This document shows, one piece after another, positions 28,611 through 38,212 of a stretch of DNA of 64,000 nt; position 1 is the stretch's first letter, and each line of letters begins with the position of its first letter. Location: assembly GCA_965221775.1 (NCBI GenBank), contig CBDCSU010000004.1, positions 640,001-704,000 on the forward strand, read 5' to 3'. The notes beneath the pieces were generated by a model. That model was not told the DNA's origin. It did not search any database and saw only the letters and a program-made list of their open reading frames with translations. The stretch comes from Candidatus Latescibacterota bacterium (lineage in GTDB: Bacteria > Latescibacterota > UBA2968 > UBA8231). A program made the translations under genes and the position numbers.

Positions 28611-29573
28611 CCGGTGGTCGAGGACCTCCGGCCGCAGCACGTCCTCCGGCTCGCGGCCGTGGATGACATCGGTCACCTGCTCGAAGGTCCGGGTGTCCAG
28701 CCGCTGCACCGACTCGACGGTGATGCCGCCGTTGTGGTTGGTGCAGATGATGCGCGGGTGGTCCTTGTGCACGGCGCGGGTGTCGTTCACCGGGTCGTCG
28801 ACGACGTAGTAGGTCAGGCACCCCTCCTCCACCGCGCGCAGGGCGTCGTCGTCGCATACGAGGTTGCCCCGCGACGGGTTGATCAGCGACGCGTGGGGCC
28901 GCATCGCCTTCAGCTGCTCGTAGTGGACGAGGGTGTCGTCCCCGGAGACGTGGAGGCTGACGGTGTCGCTCTCCTCGAAGAGGCGCATGGGATCGTCCAC
29001 GGCCTCGGCGCCGTGGCGGGCGGCGACGTCGGCGATGTCGGGGCGCACGTCGTGGACCAGGAGGCGGCCCGAGTCGCCCAGGAGGGGCTTTGCGCGCAGG
29101 GCCACCTCCTGGCCGATGCGGCCGAAGCCGTAGAGGCCGAGGGTGGAGCCCCGGGCCTCGTACGTGGGGATGATGGTGAAGTCGCCGGCGTGGGACATGC
29201 GGTTGAGGGTGTAGGTCCGCTTCAGCGTCGCCATCCACTGGGCGATGGTGTACTCGGCGACGGTGTCCATGTGCACGGGGGTGATCGTCACCGGCACGCC
29301 CAACTCGGTGGCCACCTCGATCTGGACCTTGTCGTAGCCGACCCCCCAGCGGGCGACGAGGCGCAGGTCGGCGCCGCGCTCGTAGAACTCGCGGTGCACG
29401 AGGTTGGAGTTGGCGATGACGGCGACGACGCCGCCGGCCATGTCGCCGGTGAGCTCGGAGTCGTACTCGACGAGTTCGGCGATCTCCCCCAGCTTCGCCA
29501 GGCCGGCGCGCCTGTGATCGGAGGCGAAGGCCTCGTTGCGGAAGATCGTCGCCAGCAGGACCTTCGGTTTCAT
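28578..29573 (-). CDS. D-isomer-specific 2-hydroxyacid dehydrogenase
   Basis: RWGVGYD, VAEY, GLYGFGRIG, LINPSRG, NHNGG; start after AAGGAG. Confidence 0.88.
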   Translation of the reverse strand: MKPKVLLATIFRNEAFASDHRRAGLAKLGEIAELVEYDSELTGDMAGGVVAVIANSNLVHREFYERGADLRLVARWGVGYDKVQIEVATELGVPVTITPVHMDTVAEYTIAQWMATLKRTYTLNRMSHAGDFTIIPTYEARGSTLGLYGFGRIGQEVALRAKPLLGDSGRLLVHDVRPDIADVAARHGAEAVDDPMRLFEESDTVSLHVSGDDTLVHYEQLKAMRPHASLINPSRGNLVCDDDALRAVEEGCLTYYVVDDPVNDTRAVHKDHPRIICTNHNGGITVESVQRLDTRTFEQVTDVIHGREPEDVLRPEVLDHRRVKAWLTHRR

Positions 29574-29661
29574 GCTCTCTCCTTTTCGCGCCGATAGTAT
29601 AGGGAGCCCTCCCGAAGGCGGCTTGTGAGTCTCAGCCGGCCTTCGCACCTTTGCCGGACCG

Positions 29662-30828
29662 ATGAGCCTCTATACCCACCTCCTGCGTCCCCTCCTCTTC
29701 CGCTTCGACGCCGAGAGCGCCCACGAGGCGGCCCTGGCCGCGGCTTCCGCCGCCGGCGCCCGCGCCCCCGGCCGGGCCGTCCTGCGGTCGATCTACGGCT
29801 TCGCGGACGACAGGCTGGCCACCGAGGTCGCCGGCCTGCGGTTCCCGAACCCCCTGGGGCTGGCAGCCGGCTTCGACAAGAACGGCCGCGCCGCGCAGGC
29901 CCTCTCCTGCCTGGGGCTGGGGCACCTGGAGATCGGCTCGGTCTCTGCCCGTCCGTCGCGCGGCAACCCCCGCCCGCGCCTCTTCCGCCTGCCCGCCGAC
30001 GAGGCGATCGTCGTCAACTACGGAGTCCCCAACGACGGCGCCGACACCGTCGCCCGCCGCCTCTCCGCACGGCCCGTGCCCGTGCCCCTGGGGGTGAACC
30101 TCGTGGAGACGAACACCGGCCGCCCGGCGCCGCCCGACCACGTCATCGCCGAGCTCGTCGAGGCCGCCGGCGTCTTCGCCGGGTGCGCCGACTACCTCAC
30201 CCTCAACCTCAACTGTCCGAACACCACCGGCGGCGCCAGCCCCTTCGACGACCCCGCGGCCGTGGCCGCCCTGCTGGCGCAACTGGCCGCCGTCGACGGC
30301 CTGCCGCCGGTCTTCCTCAAGCTCACGGCGCGCACCGACCCGCCCTTCATCGAGGCCCTCCTCGAGGCCGTCGACCCCTTCCCCCGGGTGGCCGGCTTCG
30401 TCTTCAACCTGCCGCCGGGCAAGGAGTACGCCCTGCGCACGCCGGCCGCCGTGGTCGACCCCCTTCCCGGGACCCTGTGCGGCCCCCCCGCCCGGGGCCT
30501 GCTCGACGACGCGGTCCGGGCCTGGTACGGCCGCATCGACCGCCGCCGGCACCGCATCATCGGCTCGGGGGGCATCGCCTCGGCGGAGGACGCCTGGCGC
30601 AAGATCCGCCTCGGCGCCTCGCTGCTGCAGCTCTACACGGGGCTGGTCTACCACGGCCCCGGCCTGGTGCGGCGCATCAACCGCGGCCTGGTGCGGCTGC
30701 TGGAGGCCGACGGCCTCTCCCACGTGAGCGAGGCCGTGGGGCTGGACAGCGCTTCGGCCGGGGGACGCCGGGACTCGCCCTCCGGAGAGCCGAGGTCCAC
30801 GCGCCGCCTCGCTCCGGCCCGCCCATGA
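29662..30828 (+). CDS. pyrD: Dihydroorotate dehydrogenase (quinone), class 2
   Basis: NPLGLAAGFDKN, GNPRPRLFRL, NLNCPNT, FLKL, SGGI, QLYTG. Confidence 0.9.
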   Translation: MSLYTHLLRPLLFRFDAESAHEAALAAASAAGARAPGRAVLRSIYGFADDRLATEVAGLRFPNPLGLAAGFDKNGRAAQALSCLGLGHLEIGSVSARPSRGNPRPRLFRLPADEAIVVNYGVPNDGADTVARRLSARPVPVPLGVNLVETNTGRPAPPDHVIAELVEAAGVFAGCADYLTLNLNCPNTTGGASPFDDPAAVAALLAQLAAVDGLPPVFLKLTARTDPPFIEALLEAVDPFPRVAGFVFNLPPGKEYALRTPAAVVDPLPGTLCGPPARGLLDDAVRAWYGRIDRRRHRIIGSGGIASAEDAWRKIRLGASLLQLYTGLVYHGPGLVRRINRGLVRLLEADGLSHVSEAVGLDSASAGGRRDSPSGEPRSTRRLAPARP

Positions 30829-31080
30829 CCCCTGCCCGACCCGTCCCGCGCCTCGAGGCCGCGCCCGACCTGGCCAGCGGCCGGGCTGCGACCTCGGCCG
30901 AAGGGTGGTCCGTGCACGGCGCCGGCCCGGCCCGCCGATGACCGCCGCCCGCCACGCTCCGGGCCTGGAGGCCGCTCCCGGCATGGCCGGCCGCCAGCCC
31001 ACGGTCCCGGGGCCGTCCAGCCCATGACGGCTGCCCGCCCCGCCCTGCGCCTAAAGGCCGCCGCCGACCTGGCCGGCCGC
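30825..31080 (+). repeat. Three diverged in-register copies of the dioxygenase 5' end (30825, 30938, 31024)
   Basis: MTPARPVPRLEAAPDLASG / MTAARHAPGLEAAPGMAGR / MTAARPALRLKAAADLAGR; no indels over 57 nt. Confidence 0.9.
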
Positions 31081-31833
31081 GAGCGCGCCGTGCGCGAGCA
31101 GGGGTTCGCCTACCTGCCGGCGCTGCTCGACGCCGGCCGGATCGCCGCCCTGCGCGAGGCCATGGACCGCGCCGAGCCGCTGGCCGAGAGCTTCGACCGG
31201 GTGGAGGAACCGCCCGGGCATCCCTTCTACCACAAGATCATCAACAACGCCTTCAACCGGGACCTCCTCTTCCTCTCCTGCCTGGACTTCCCGGGGGTGA
31301 TCGAGCTGGCCGAGGCCCTCCACGGGGAGGACTGCCACGTCATCGGCATGACCGCCTGGCTCACCGGTCCCGGCCGCCCGGACCAGGGCCTGCACGCCGA
31401 CTGGCAGCCCCTGACCCTGCCCGAGGACGTCATGGACGATCCCCGCGTGCAGATCCCCGTCTTCATCACCACCGCCCACTTCTACCTCGACGACGTGACC
31501 GAGGAGCTGGGGCCGACGGTCTTCGTGCCGGGCAGCCACCGCGCCGGCCGGCCGCCCGATGGCGACCATGGCTGGCGCGGGACGGGCGAGCACAGCCTGC
31601 TGTGCGGCGCCGGCGACGTGGTCGTCTTCCGCTCCGAGGTCTGGCACCGGGGCACGGCCAACCGCGGCGACCGCGTCCGCTACCTGCTGCAGGTGCACTA
31701 CGCCCAGCGCATGATCACCCAGAAATACCCTCCCTACCTCAACCGCTTCCGCTTCGACCCCGCCATTCTCGAGCAGGCCACCCCCCGCCAGCGCCGGCTG
31801 ATGGGCGACCACCGCCCGAGCAACTACGACTGA
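31024..31833 (+). CDS. Phytanoyl-CoA dioxygenase (PhyH) family Fe/2OG oxygenase
   Basis: LHAD, GPT..VPGSH, AGDV, WHRG..N. Confidence 0.9.
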   Translation: MTAARPALRLKAAADLAGRERAVREQGFAYLPALLDAGRIAALREAMDRAEPLAESFDRVEEPPGHPFYHKIINNAFNRDLLFLSCLDFPGVIELAEALHGEDCHVIGMTAWLTGPGRPDQGLHADWQPLTLPEDVMDDPRVQIPVFITTAHFYLDDVTEELGPTVFVPGSHRAGRPPDGDHGWRGTGEHSLLCGAGDVVVFRSEVWHRGTANRGDRVRYLLQVHYAQRMITQKYPPYLNRFRFDPAILEQATPRQRRLMGDHRPSNYD

Positions 31834-31849
31834 ATCGACGGAGCTCTCC

Positions 31850-32500
31850 ATGCATTCCTCCACCCTCCGCGGCACCGACTTCGCCCTCACCCTCGAGGGG
31901 GCCCCCGTGTCCCACGCCGAGTTCTTCGAGGGCTTCGTGCGCACCCGGCGCCTCGGCGTGGTCTGCCCCTCTCCGCTCGACGGGCTCGGCGCCGCGGCCC
32001 TGATCATGGCCCACGTGACCGCCTTCTACGACGACTACCGCGCCGCGGGCGGCGAGTTCTTCGCCTACCCCGACTTCTTCACCTTCCAGCGCTCCCCCGG
32101 GACCGCCAACTACTCGATGCTCGACATCTGGCCGAATCACAAGAACGTCTCCATCGGCCCCGCGCCCGGCGACTGCGTCGACGCCGTGACCGACCGCGCC
32201 GTCGACGTGCTCCTCGTGCCCGAGGGCGGGACCGGCGAGCCGGAGCTGCAGCCGGTACAGGAAGCCGCCCTGCGCCGCCTGGTGCGCGACTGCTACCTCT
32301 ACGGCCCCGGCGGCGGCGTCGACGACGCGGACCTGACCGTCTCCTGTCCGCGGGACCCGGTGGCCGGATGGATGGAGAGCGTGCGCTCCAGCCTCGACGG
32401 CGGGAACGGCGGCGGGAGTCCGGCCGAGGAGGACGGGTCCGAGGTCATCAGCCAGTCCTACCGCCGTCTCACTCTCGACCAGGCGCTGGCCCGCCTGTAG
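31850..32500 (+). CDS. Hypothetical protein
   Basis: GGAG SD, native codon usage; no family recognised. Confidence 0.7.
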   Translation: MHSSTLRGTDFALTLEGAPVSHAEFFEGFVRTRRLGVVCPSPLDGLGAAALIMAHVTAFYDDYRAAGGEFFAYPDFFTFQRSPGTANYSMLDIWPNHKNVSIGPAPGDCVDAVTDRAVDVLLVPEGGTGEPELQPVQEAALRRLVRDCYLYGPGGGVDDADLTVSCPRDPVAGWMESVRSSLDGGNGGGSPAEEDGSEVISQSYRRLTLDQALARL

Positions 32501-32505
32501 CCCCG

Positions 32506-34989
32506 GTGGCCTCCGTCCTCCACCCGCCCGGGCTGCTCAAGCGCTTGCGCGCCGACGACGGGGTCCGCGCCCGCGCCGAGGAGCGCGCCCGGCCCTGGGG
32601 CGGATACTCCCTCGACGATCTGTGGTCGATGGTCTTCGGCCCCCGGATCACGCGCTCGTGGATGGTGTGGTCCGACGGCGACTGCCCGGCCTGCCGCCGG
32701 CCGGTGAACATGTACGCCTGGCAGATCGACCCCTTCGCCGAGCCGTGGAAGCTGCGCTGCCCCCACTGCGGAGAGCGGTTCCCGAAGAACGACTTCGCCG
32801 CCTTCCACGAGTCCGGCCTCGACGAGGCGGGTCTCTTCGATCCGGACCGCGCCGACCGCGGACTGCTGTTCAACGCCGACCACCCGGACCCGGGGGACCC
32901 GCTGCGGAGCTTAGGCGTCGACGATGGCGGCGGCTTCCCCGGCGACGGCGGGCGCTGGCGGTTCATCGGCACCTGGCTGGTCTACGGCCAGTGGAAGGGG
33001 CTCATCGTCGACGGCGTCGAGCGGCTGGCGGCGGCGTACGCGGCCACCGGCGATCCGGGGTACGCCCGCAAGGCGGGAGTGCTCCTCGACCGCGTGGCCG
33101 ACGTCTATCCCGCCTTCGACTTCGGCGAGCAGGCCATCCTCTACGAGAAGAAGGCCGACCGCGGCTACGTGTCGACCTGGCACGACGCCTGCGAGGAGGC
33201 GCAGCGGCTGGTCCTGGGGTACGACCAGGTGCGGCCGGCGCTGCTCGACGACGAGGAGTTCGCCGCCTTCGTGAGGGAGAAGGCCGGGCGCTGGCAGGTC
33301 CCCTCGCCGAAGGACTCGGGCGTGGAGATCTGCGCCCACATCGAGTCCCGCATCCTGCGCGACACCCTGGAGAACACGCCGAAGATCCAGTCGAACTTCC
33401 CCACCACCGACGTGGCCGGCCTCCTGATCCGCACGGTGCTGGGGGGGCGCGGCGGCCTGGAGGAGGTGTACGCTCTGCTCGACGAGGTGATCGAGAAGGC
33501 CACCCGCGTCGACGGCCTGACCGGCGAGAAGGGGATGGCCGGGTACGCGGCGATCTCCCCGCGAACGCTGGCCCGGTGCCTGTCGCTCTTCGCCCGCGCC
33601 GACGGCGCCTTCCTGCCCCGCCTGCTGGAGCGCCACCCGTCCCTCGGCCGCCACTGGCGGTTCCACGTGGACGCGTGGGTGGGGCAGCGGTTCTACCCCA
33701 ACATCGGCGACAGCGGCGCCGCCGGGGGCGGCCACCCCGCCTACTGCGGCGCCGTCTTCGACCGCGGCGGCGGCGATCCCCTGGCGCCCTCGGCCTTCAC
33801 CTTCTTCCAGCAGCTGCACGAGGCCACCGGCGACGCCGCCTTCTCCCAGGTCCTGCACCACGCCAACGGCGGCACCGTGGAGGGCCTCCCCCACGACCCG
33901 GGACACCCGGACCCGGCCGGGTTCCGCCGCGCCGTGGAGCAGGTCCTAGACGACCACGGCCCGCGGCCGGAGACGGGCTCCTTCAACCGGCCCCACTGGG
34001 GGCTGGCGGTGCTGCGCTCGGGGGACGACCGCCGCGCGCCGACGGTCTGGCTCGACACCGACTCCGGCGCCCCGGACAGCATCTACGGCCCGGCGAACCC
34101 CTCCGTGAGGGGACGCGGCGCCCACGGCCACGCCGACGGCATGAACCTCGGCCTCTACTACCGCGGCGTCGACCTGATGGTCGATCTCGGCTATCCCCCC
34201 GTGAACTACGGCGGCTGGGACTCCGCCCAGGCCGAGTGGTACCGGCGCACGGCGAGCCACAACACGGTCTGCGTCGACGGCCTCGACCAGGCGACGGCGG
34301 CCAGCGACACCCTCTGGTGGCTCGACGGGGACGAGGTGCGGGGGATCTGCGCCTCCTCGCCCGGCATGGTCGACGGCGGCCGCTTCGAGCGCACCCTGGT
34401 CCTGGTCAACACCGGCGCGGAGGACGCCTACCTCGTGGACGTGCACCGGGTGCGCGGCGGCGGCGACCACGCCCGCTTCCTGCACGCCGCCTTCGGGAGC
34501 CTGACCACCGACGGCCTGCGGACGGTGCCCGCGGAGGACTACGGCCACGGCACCCTGATGCGGGACTTCCGCGTCGACCCGGGCCCGGCCGAGGGCTGGA
34601 CCGCCGAGTGGCGGGTCGACGACGTGTACGGCCTGGCCCCGCCCGGGGCCGACCTGCGCCTGCGCTACACCGACGTGAGCCGCGGGCCGGCGGCGGGCAC
34701 CTGCGAGGGCTTCGCCCTCGTCGGCGACTACGGCGACCGCAACGAGCGCTGGCTCCCCCGCCTCGTGCAGCGGCACCGGGGCGAGGCGCCCCTGACCTCG
34801 GTCTTCGCCGGCGTCCTGGAGCCCTGCGACGGGCCGCCCGCCGTGCGCGGCGTGCGCCGCCTCGACAGCGGCGGCGGCGCCGACGTGGACGAGCCCGTGG
34901 AGCTGGAGATTGCCCTCGCCGGCGGCGGGGTCGACCGGATCACCGTCGGCGTCGGGGACCGCGTGCGGGTCCGGAGGAGCCCGCCGTGA
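32506..34989 (+). CDS. Heparinase II/III family (polysaccharide lyase-like) protein
   Basis: HGHAD.MN, DLGYP, TASHNTV.VDG..Q; N-terminal CPAC...CPHC; start uncertain. Confidence 0.8.
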   Translation: MASVLHPPGLLKRLRADDGVRARAEERARPWGGYSLDDLWSMVFGPRITRSWMVWSDGDCPACRRPVNMYAWQIDPFAEPWKLRCPHCGERFPKNDFAAFHESGLDEAGLFDPDRADRGLLFNADHPDPGDPLRSLGVDDGGGFPGDGGRWRFIGTWLVYGQWKGLIVDGVERLAAAYAATGDPGYARKAGVLLDRVADVYPAFDFGEQAILYEKKADRGYVSTWHDACEEAQRLVLGYDQVRPALLDDEEFAAFVREKAGRWQVPSPKDSGVEICAHIESRILRDTLENTPKIQSNFPTTDVAGLLIRTVLGGRGGLEEVYALLDEVIEKATRVDGLTGEKGMAGYAAISPRTLARCLSLFARADGAFLPRLLERHPSLGRHWRFHVDAWVGQRFYPNIGDSGAAGGGHPAYCGAVFDRGGGDPLAPSAFTFFQQLHEATGDAAFSQVLHHANGGTVEGLPHDPGHPDPAGFRRAVEQVLDDHGPRPETGSFNRPHWGLAVLRSGDDRRAPTVWLDTDSGAPDSIYGPANPSVRGRGAHGHADGMNLGLYYRGVDLMVDLGYPPVNYGGWDSAQAEWYRRTASHNTVCVDGLDQATAASDTLWWLDGDEVRGICASSPGMVDGGRFERTLVLVNTGAEDAYLVDVHRVRGGGDHARFLHAAFGSLTTDGLRTVPAEDYGHGTLMRDFRVDPGPAEGWTAEWRVDDVYGLAPPGADLRLRYTDVSRGPAAGTCEGFALVGDYGDRNERWLPRLVQRHRGEAPLTSVFAGVLEPCDGPPAVRGVRRLDSGGGADVDEPVELEIALAGGGVDRITVGVGDRVRVRRSPP

Positions 34990-36794
34990 GCGCGGCCCCC
35001 GGCAGCACCGCCCGCGAGGCGGCCGAGCGCCTGGCCGACGGCCTCTACCCGCACCAGGTGGAGGGCCTCGCCTTCCTCCTCGGCCGGCGGCGGTCGATCC
35101 TGGCCGACGACATGGGCCTGGGCAAGACCCGCCAGTCGGTCCTCGCCCTGGTCCACGCCGAGCCGCGGGGCCCCTGGCTGGTGGTCTGCCCCGCCTCGGT
35201 CAAGCGCAACTGGGAGCGCGAGATCCGCCTCGTCCTGCCGGACGCGGCCACCCGCGTCGCCGGGCCGGCGCCGGTGCCGGAGCCCGGCTTCCGCGGCTGG
35301 GTGATCATCAACTACGACATCCTCAAGCGGACCTTCGACGACCTGCTGCGCCACGAGTGGCGGGGGCTGGTCTTCGACGAGGCCCACTACCTGAAGAACC
35401 ACACCTCCCAGCGCTCGAAGCTGTCGACGCGGCTCGTCGACCGCACCGCCGGCGACCCCATGGTCCACGCCCTCACGGGCACGCCGCTGACCAACCGGCC
35501 CCGGGACCTGTTCCCGCTGCTGCAGCTCGTCGACCACTCCCTGGGGCGCTCGTTCTTCGGCTTCGCCAAACGCTACTGCGCCGCCGAGAAGAACGACTAC
35601 GGCCACTGGATCACCTCCGGCGCCAGCAACGTCGAGGAGCTGGCCGTGCAGCTCCACGGCATCATGCTGCGGCGCAACAAGGACGAGGTCCTCGACCTGC
35701 CCCCCAAGGTGCGCTCCTGGATCGACGTCGACATACCCGAGAAGGCCCGGGAGGCCCTCGACGAGGCGGTGCGCGCCTTCCTCGGCGAGAATGGGGAGGC
35801 GCCCCAACGCGACACCCGGGGCCGGCGCATGGGGATCGGCATGCTCGCCTCGGCGCGCAAGCACATGGCCATCGCCAAGAGCCGCCACACCCTGGAGTAC
35901 GTGCAGGGCGCCGTCGACCAGGGCGAGAAGGTCCTCGTCTTCACCGGCTTCACCAACCCGGGCCGGCGGTTCATGCGCCACTTCGGGGACCAGGCCGTGG
36001 CGGTCACCGGCAAGACCCCGGTCAACCAGCGCCAGGAGCAGATCGACCGCTTCCAGGAGGACGAGTCGGTGCGCGTCTACGTGGGCCAGATCCACGCCGG
36101 CGGCACCGGCGTCAACCTGACGGCGGCGCGCCAGGTGGTGTTCAACGACCTCGACTGGGTGCCCGCCAACCACTGGCAGGCCGAGGACCGCGCCCACCGC
36201 ATCGGCCAAGGGGGCACGGTGAACGTGACCTACATGGTCGCACGCGGCACGATCGAGGAGTTCGTGCGCACCGTGCTGGAGAACAAGGCGCGCATCGTCG
36301 ACGAGCTGGTGGAGGGCCGCTCCCTCGGCGACCTCGACGCCGACGTGATGGGCGAGCTGCAGCGCATGCTCAGGAGGCTGGACGTGAGCGCCGACAGCCT
36401 GCGCGCCGGCGAGCACGGCCGCGAGCACCTGGCCGAGGTGCTGAGGGATGCCGGCGAGGAGTACATCCGCGAGCAGGGGGAACGCCTCGGGCCGGAGACG
36501 AAGGCCGCCCTCGTGCCGGTCTCGGAGGGGGCGATCCAGGCCCTGGCGGCGGTCCTGGCCGGCCCCCGGGAGCGGGTCTACCGCATCGCCAGCTCCCGCG
36601 ACCCGGGGGTGCGCTACACCCTCGAGGTGATCGGCGCCGACGTCACCTGCGACTGCCGCGGCTTCCACTACCGCGGCGCCTGCAGCCACGCCCGGACCCT
36701 GAAGGAGAGCCTGGTGGCCGGCGGTCCCGTGCCGCCGGCCTACGAACCGGTGGAGGCGGCCGCGGCCCCGGCGGAAGCCGCCTCCCCCTCATGA
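34986..36794 (+). CDS. SNF2-family (SMARCAL1/HARP-like) helicase with C-terminal SWIM zinc finger
   Basis: LADDMGLGKT, DEAHYLKN, LTGTP, G.NLT.A, QAEDRAHRIGQ; CDC-x7-CSH. Confidence 0.92.
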   Translation: MSAAPGSTAREAAERLADGLYPHQVEGLAFLLGRRRSILADDMGLGKTRQSVLALVHAEPRGPWLVVCPASVKRNWEREIRLVLPDAATRVAGPAPVPEPGFRGWVIINYDILKRTFDDLLRHEWRGLVFDEAHYLKNHTSQRSKLSTRLVDRTAGDPMVHALTGTPLTNRPRDLFPLLQLVDHSLGRSFFGFAKRYCAAEKNDYGHWITSGASNVEELAVQLHGIMLRRNKDEVLDLPPKVRSWIDVDIPEKAREALDEAVRAFLGENGEAPQRDTRGRRMGIGMLASARKHMAIAKSRHTLEYVQGAVDQGEKVLVFTGFTNPGRRFMRHFGDQAVAVTGKTPVNQRQEQIDRFQEDESVRVYVGQIHAGGTGVNLTAARQVVFNDLDWVPANHWQAEDRAHRIGQGGTVNVTYMVARGTIEEFVRTVLENKARIVDELVEGRSLGDLDADVMGELQRMLRRLDVSADSLRAGEHGREHLAEVLRDAGEEYIREQGERLGPETKAALVPVSEGAIQALAAVLAGPRERVYRIASSRDPGVRYTLEVIGADVTCDCRGFHYRGACSHARTLKESLVAGGPVPPAYEPVEAAAAPAEAASPS

Positions 36795-36840
36795 TCCCGC
36801 CATCCCCCAGCCGCCGGCGCCGCCGGCGCACGGAGATCCC

Positions 36841-38196
36841 ATGACGACACTCGACGCCGCCGAGCTGAGACAGCTCGACGGAGACCACTGCTGGCATCCG
36901 CTGTTTCAGCACGGACCGCGAGGCTCCGACAACCCGCTCCTCGTCTTCGAGCGCGGCGAGGGCAGCACCCTCTACGACGCCGAGGGACGGGCCTATCTCG
37001 ACGCCGGCGGCGGGTTGTGGAACGTCAACGTCGGCTACGGCCGAGCGGAGATCTCCGAGGCCGCCTTCGAGCAGCTGCAGCGCCTGCCGTTCTACCCGCA
37101 CTCGCAGATCAACGAGCCGGCGGCGCGGCTGGCGGCGCGGCTGGCGGAGCGGCTGCCCGGAGGGCTGTCCCGCACCTTCTACACCAACAGCGGCTCCGAG
37201 GCCAACGAGACCGCCTTCAAGATCGCCCGCCAGTGCCAGCGCCAGCGCCACCCCGGGCAGAACCGCTACAAGATCCTGGCCCGCTACCAGGGCTACCACG
37301 GCTTCACCTTCGGGGCCCTGTCGGCCACCGGGCAGGTCGGACGCCGCCAGCCCTACGAGCCCCTGGTGCCCGGCTTCCTCCACGTCGATCCGCCCTACTG
37401 CTACCGCTGCCCCCTGAACCTGCGCTACCCGGAGTGCGGCCTCGCCTGCGTCGACGAGTTCGACGAGCTGATCCGCCGCGAGGGGCCGGAGACGGTGGCC
37501 GCCGTGGTCGTCGAGCCCGTCATCGGCGGCGGCGGCGTCATCGTGCCGCCCGACGACTACCTGCCCCGGCTGCGCCGGATCTGCGACCGCTACGAGGTGC
37601 TGCTGATCACCGACGAGGTGATCACCGGCTGGGGGCGCACGGGGCGGCTCTTCGCCTGCGAGCACTGGGGGGTGGTCCCCGACATCATGGTGCTGGCCAA
37701 GGGCATCACCTCCGGGTACCTGCCCCTGGGGGCGACGGTGGTGACCGAGGAGATCTTCGACGCCTTCCGCGGCGAGGCCGGCGACGGCCGCGAGTTCGCC
37801 CAGGTCTGCACCTACGGCGGCCACCCCGCCTGCTGCGCCGCGGCCCTGGCCAACATCGACATCCTCACCGGCGAGCGGCTGTGGGAGAGGTCCGCCGAGG
37901 TCGGGGCGAGTCTGCTGGAGGGCCTGAAGGGGCTCTCGTCGCCGGTGATCGGCGAGGTCCGCGGCCTCGGCCTGATGCTCGCCGTGGAGCTGGTGGACGA
38001 AAGCGGCGCCCTGCTCGACGCCGGGCGCACGGCGGCGGTGAAGGGGGCCCTGCGCGACGAGGGGGTGCTGGTGGGGCAGATGAGCCACGCCGTGCGCGGG
38101 CCCAACAGCGTCCTGACCCTGTCGCCGCCGCTGGTCCTGGGCCGGGACGAGGCGGACCGCATCGTCGAGGCCTTCGAGCGGGCCCTGCCCGGCTGA
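36841..38196 (+). CDS. Class III PLP aminotransferase
   Basis: SGSEANE, YHG, DEVITGWGRTG, AKGITSGY.P, TYGGHP. Confidence 0.93.
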   Translation: MTTLDAAELRQLDGDHCWHPLFQHGPRGSDNPLLVFERGEGSTLYDAEGRAYLDAGGGLWNVNVGYGRAEISEAAFEQLQRLPFYPHSQINEPAARLAARLAERLPGGLSRTFYTNSGSEANETAFKIARQCQRQRHPGQNRYKILARYQGYHGFTFGALSATGQVGRRQPYEPLVPGFLHVDPPYCYRCPLNLRYPECGLACVDEFDELIRREGPETVAAVVVEPVIGGGGVIVPPDDYLPRLRRICDRYEVLLITDEVITGWGRTGRLFACEHWGVVPDIMVLAKGITSGYLPLGATVVTEEIFDAFRGEAGDGREFAQVCTYGGHPACCAAALANIDILTGERLWERSAEVGASLLEGLKGLSSPVIGEVRGLGLMLAVELVDESGALLDAGRTAAVKGALRDEGVLVGQMSHAVRGPNSVLTLSPPLVLGRDEADRIVEAFERALPG

Positions 38197-38212
38197 AGGC
38201 GGGACCCCCGAC

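Noticed and set aside
30825-31080. CRISPR array or RiPP precursor cassette
   Set aside because: Repeats are diverged copies of a gene start with irregular spacing; no cas or RiPP maturation genes in the window
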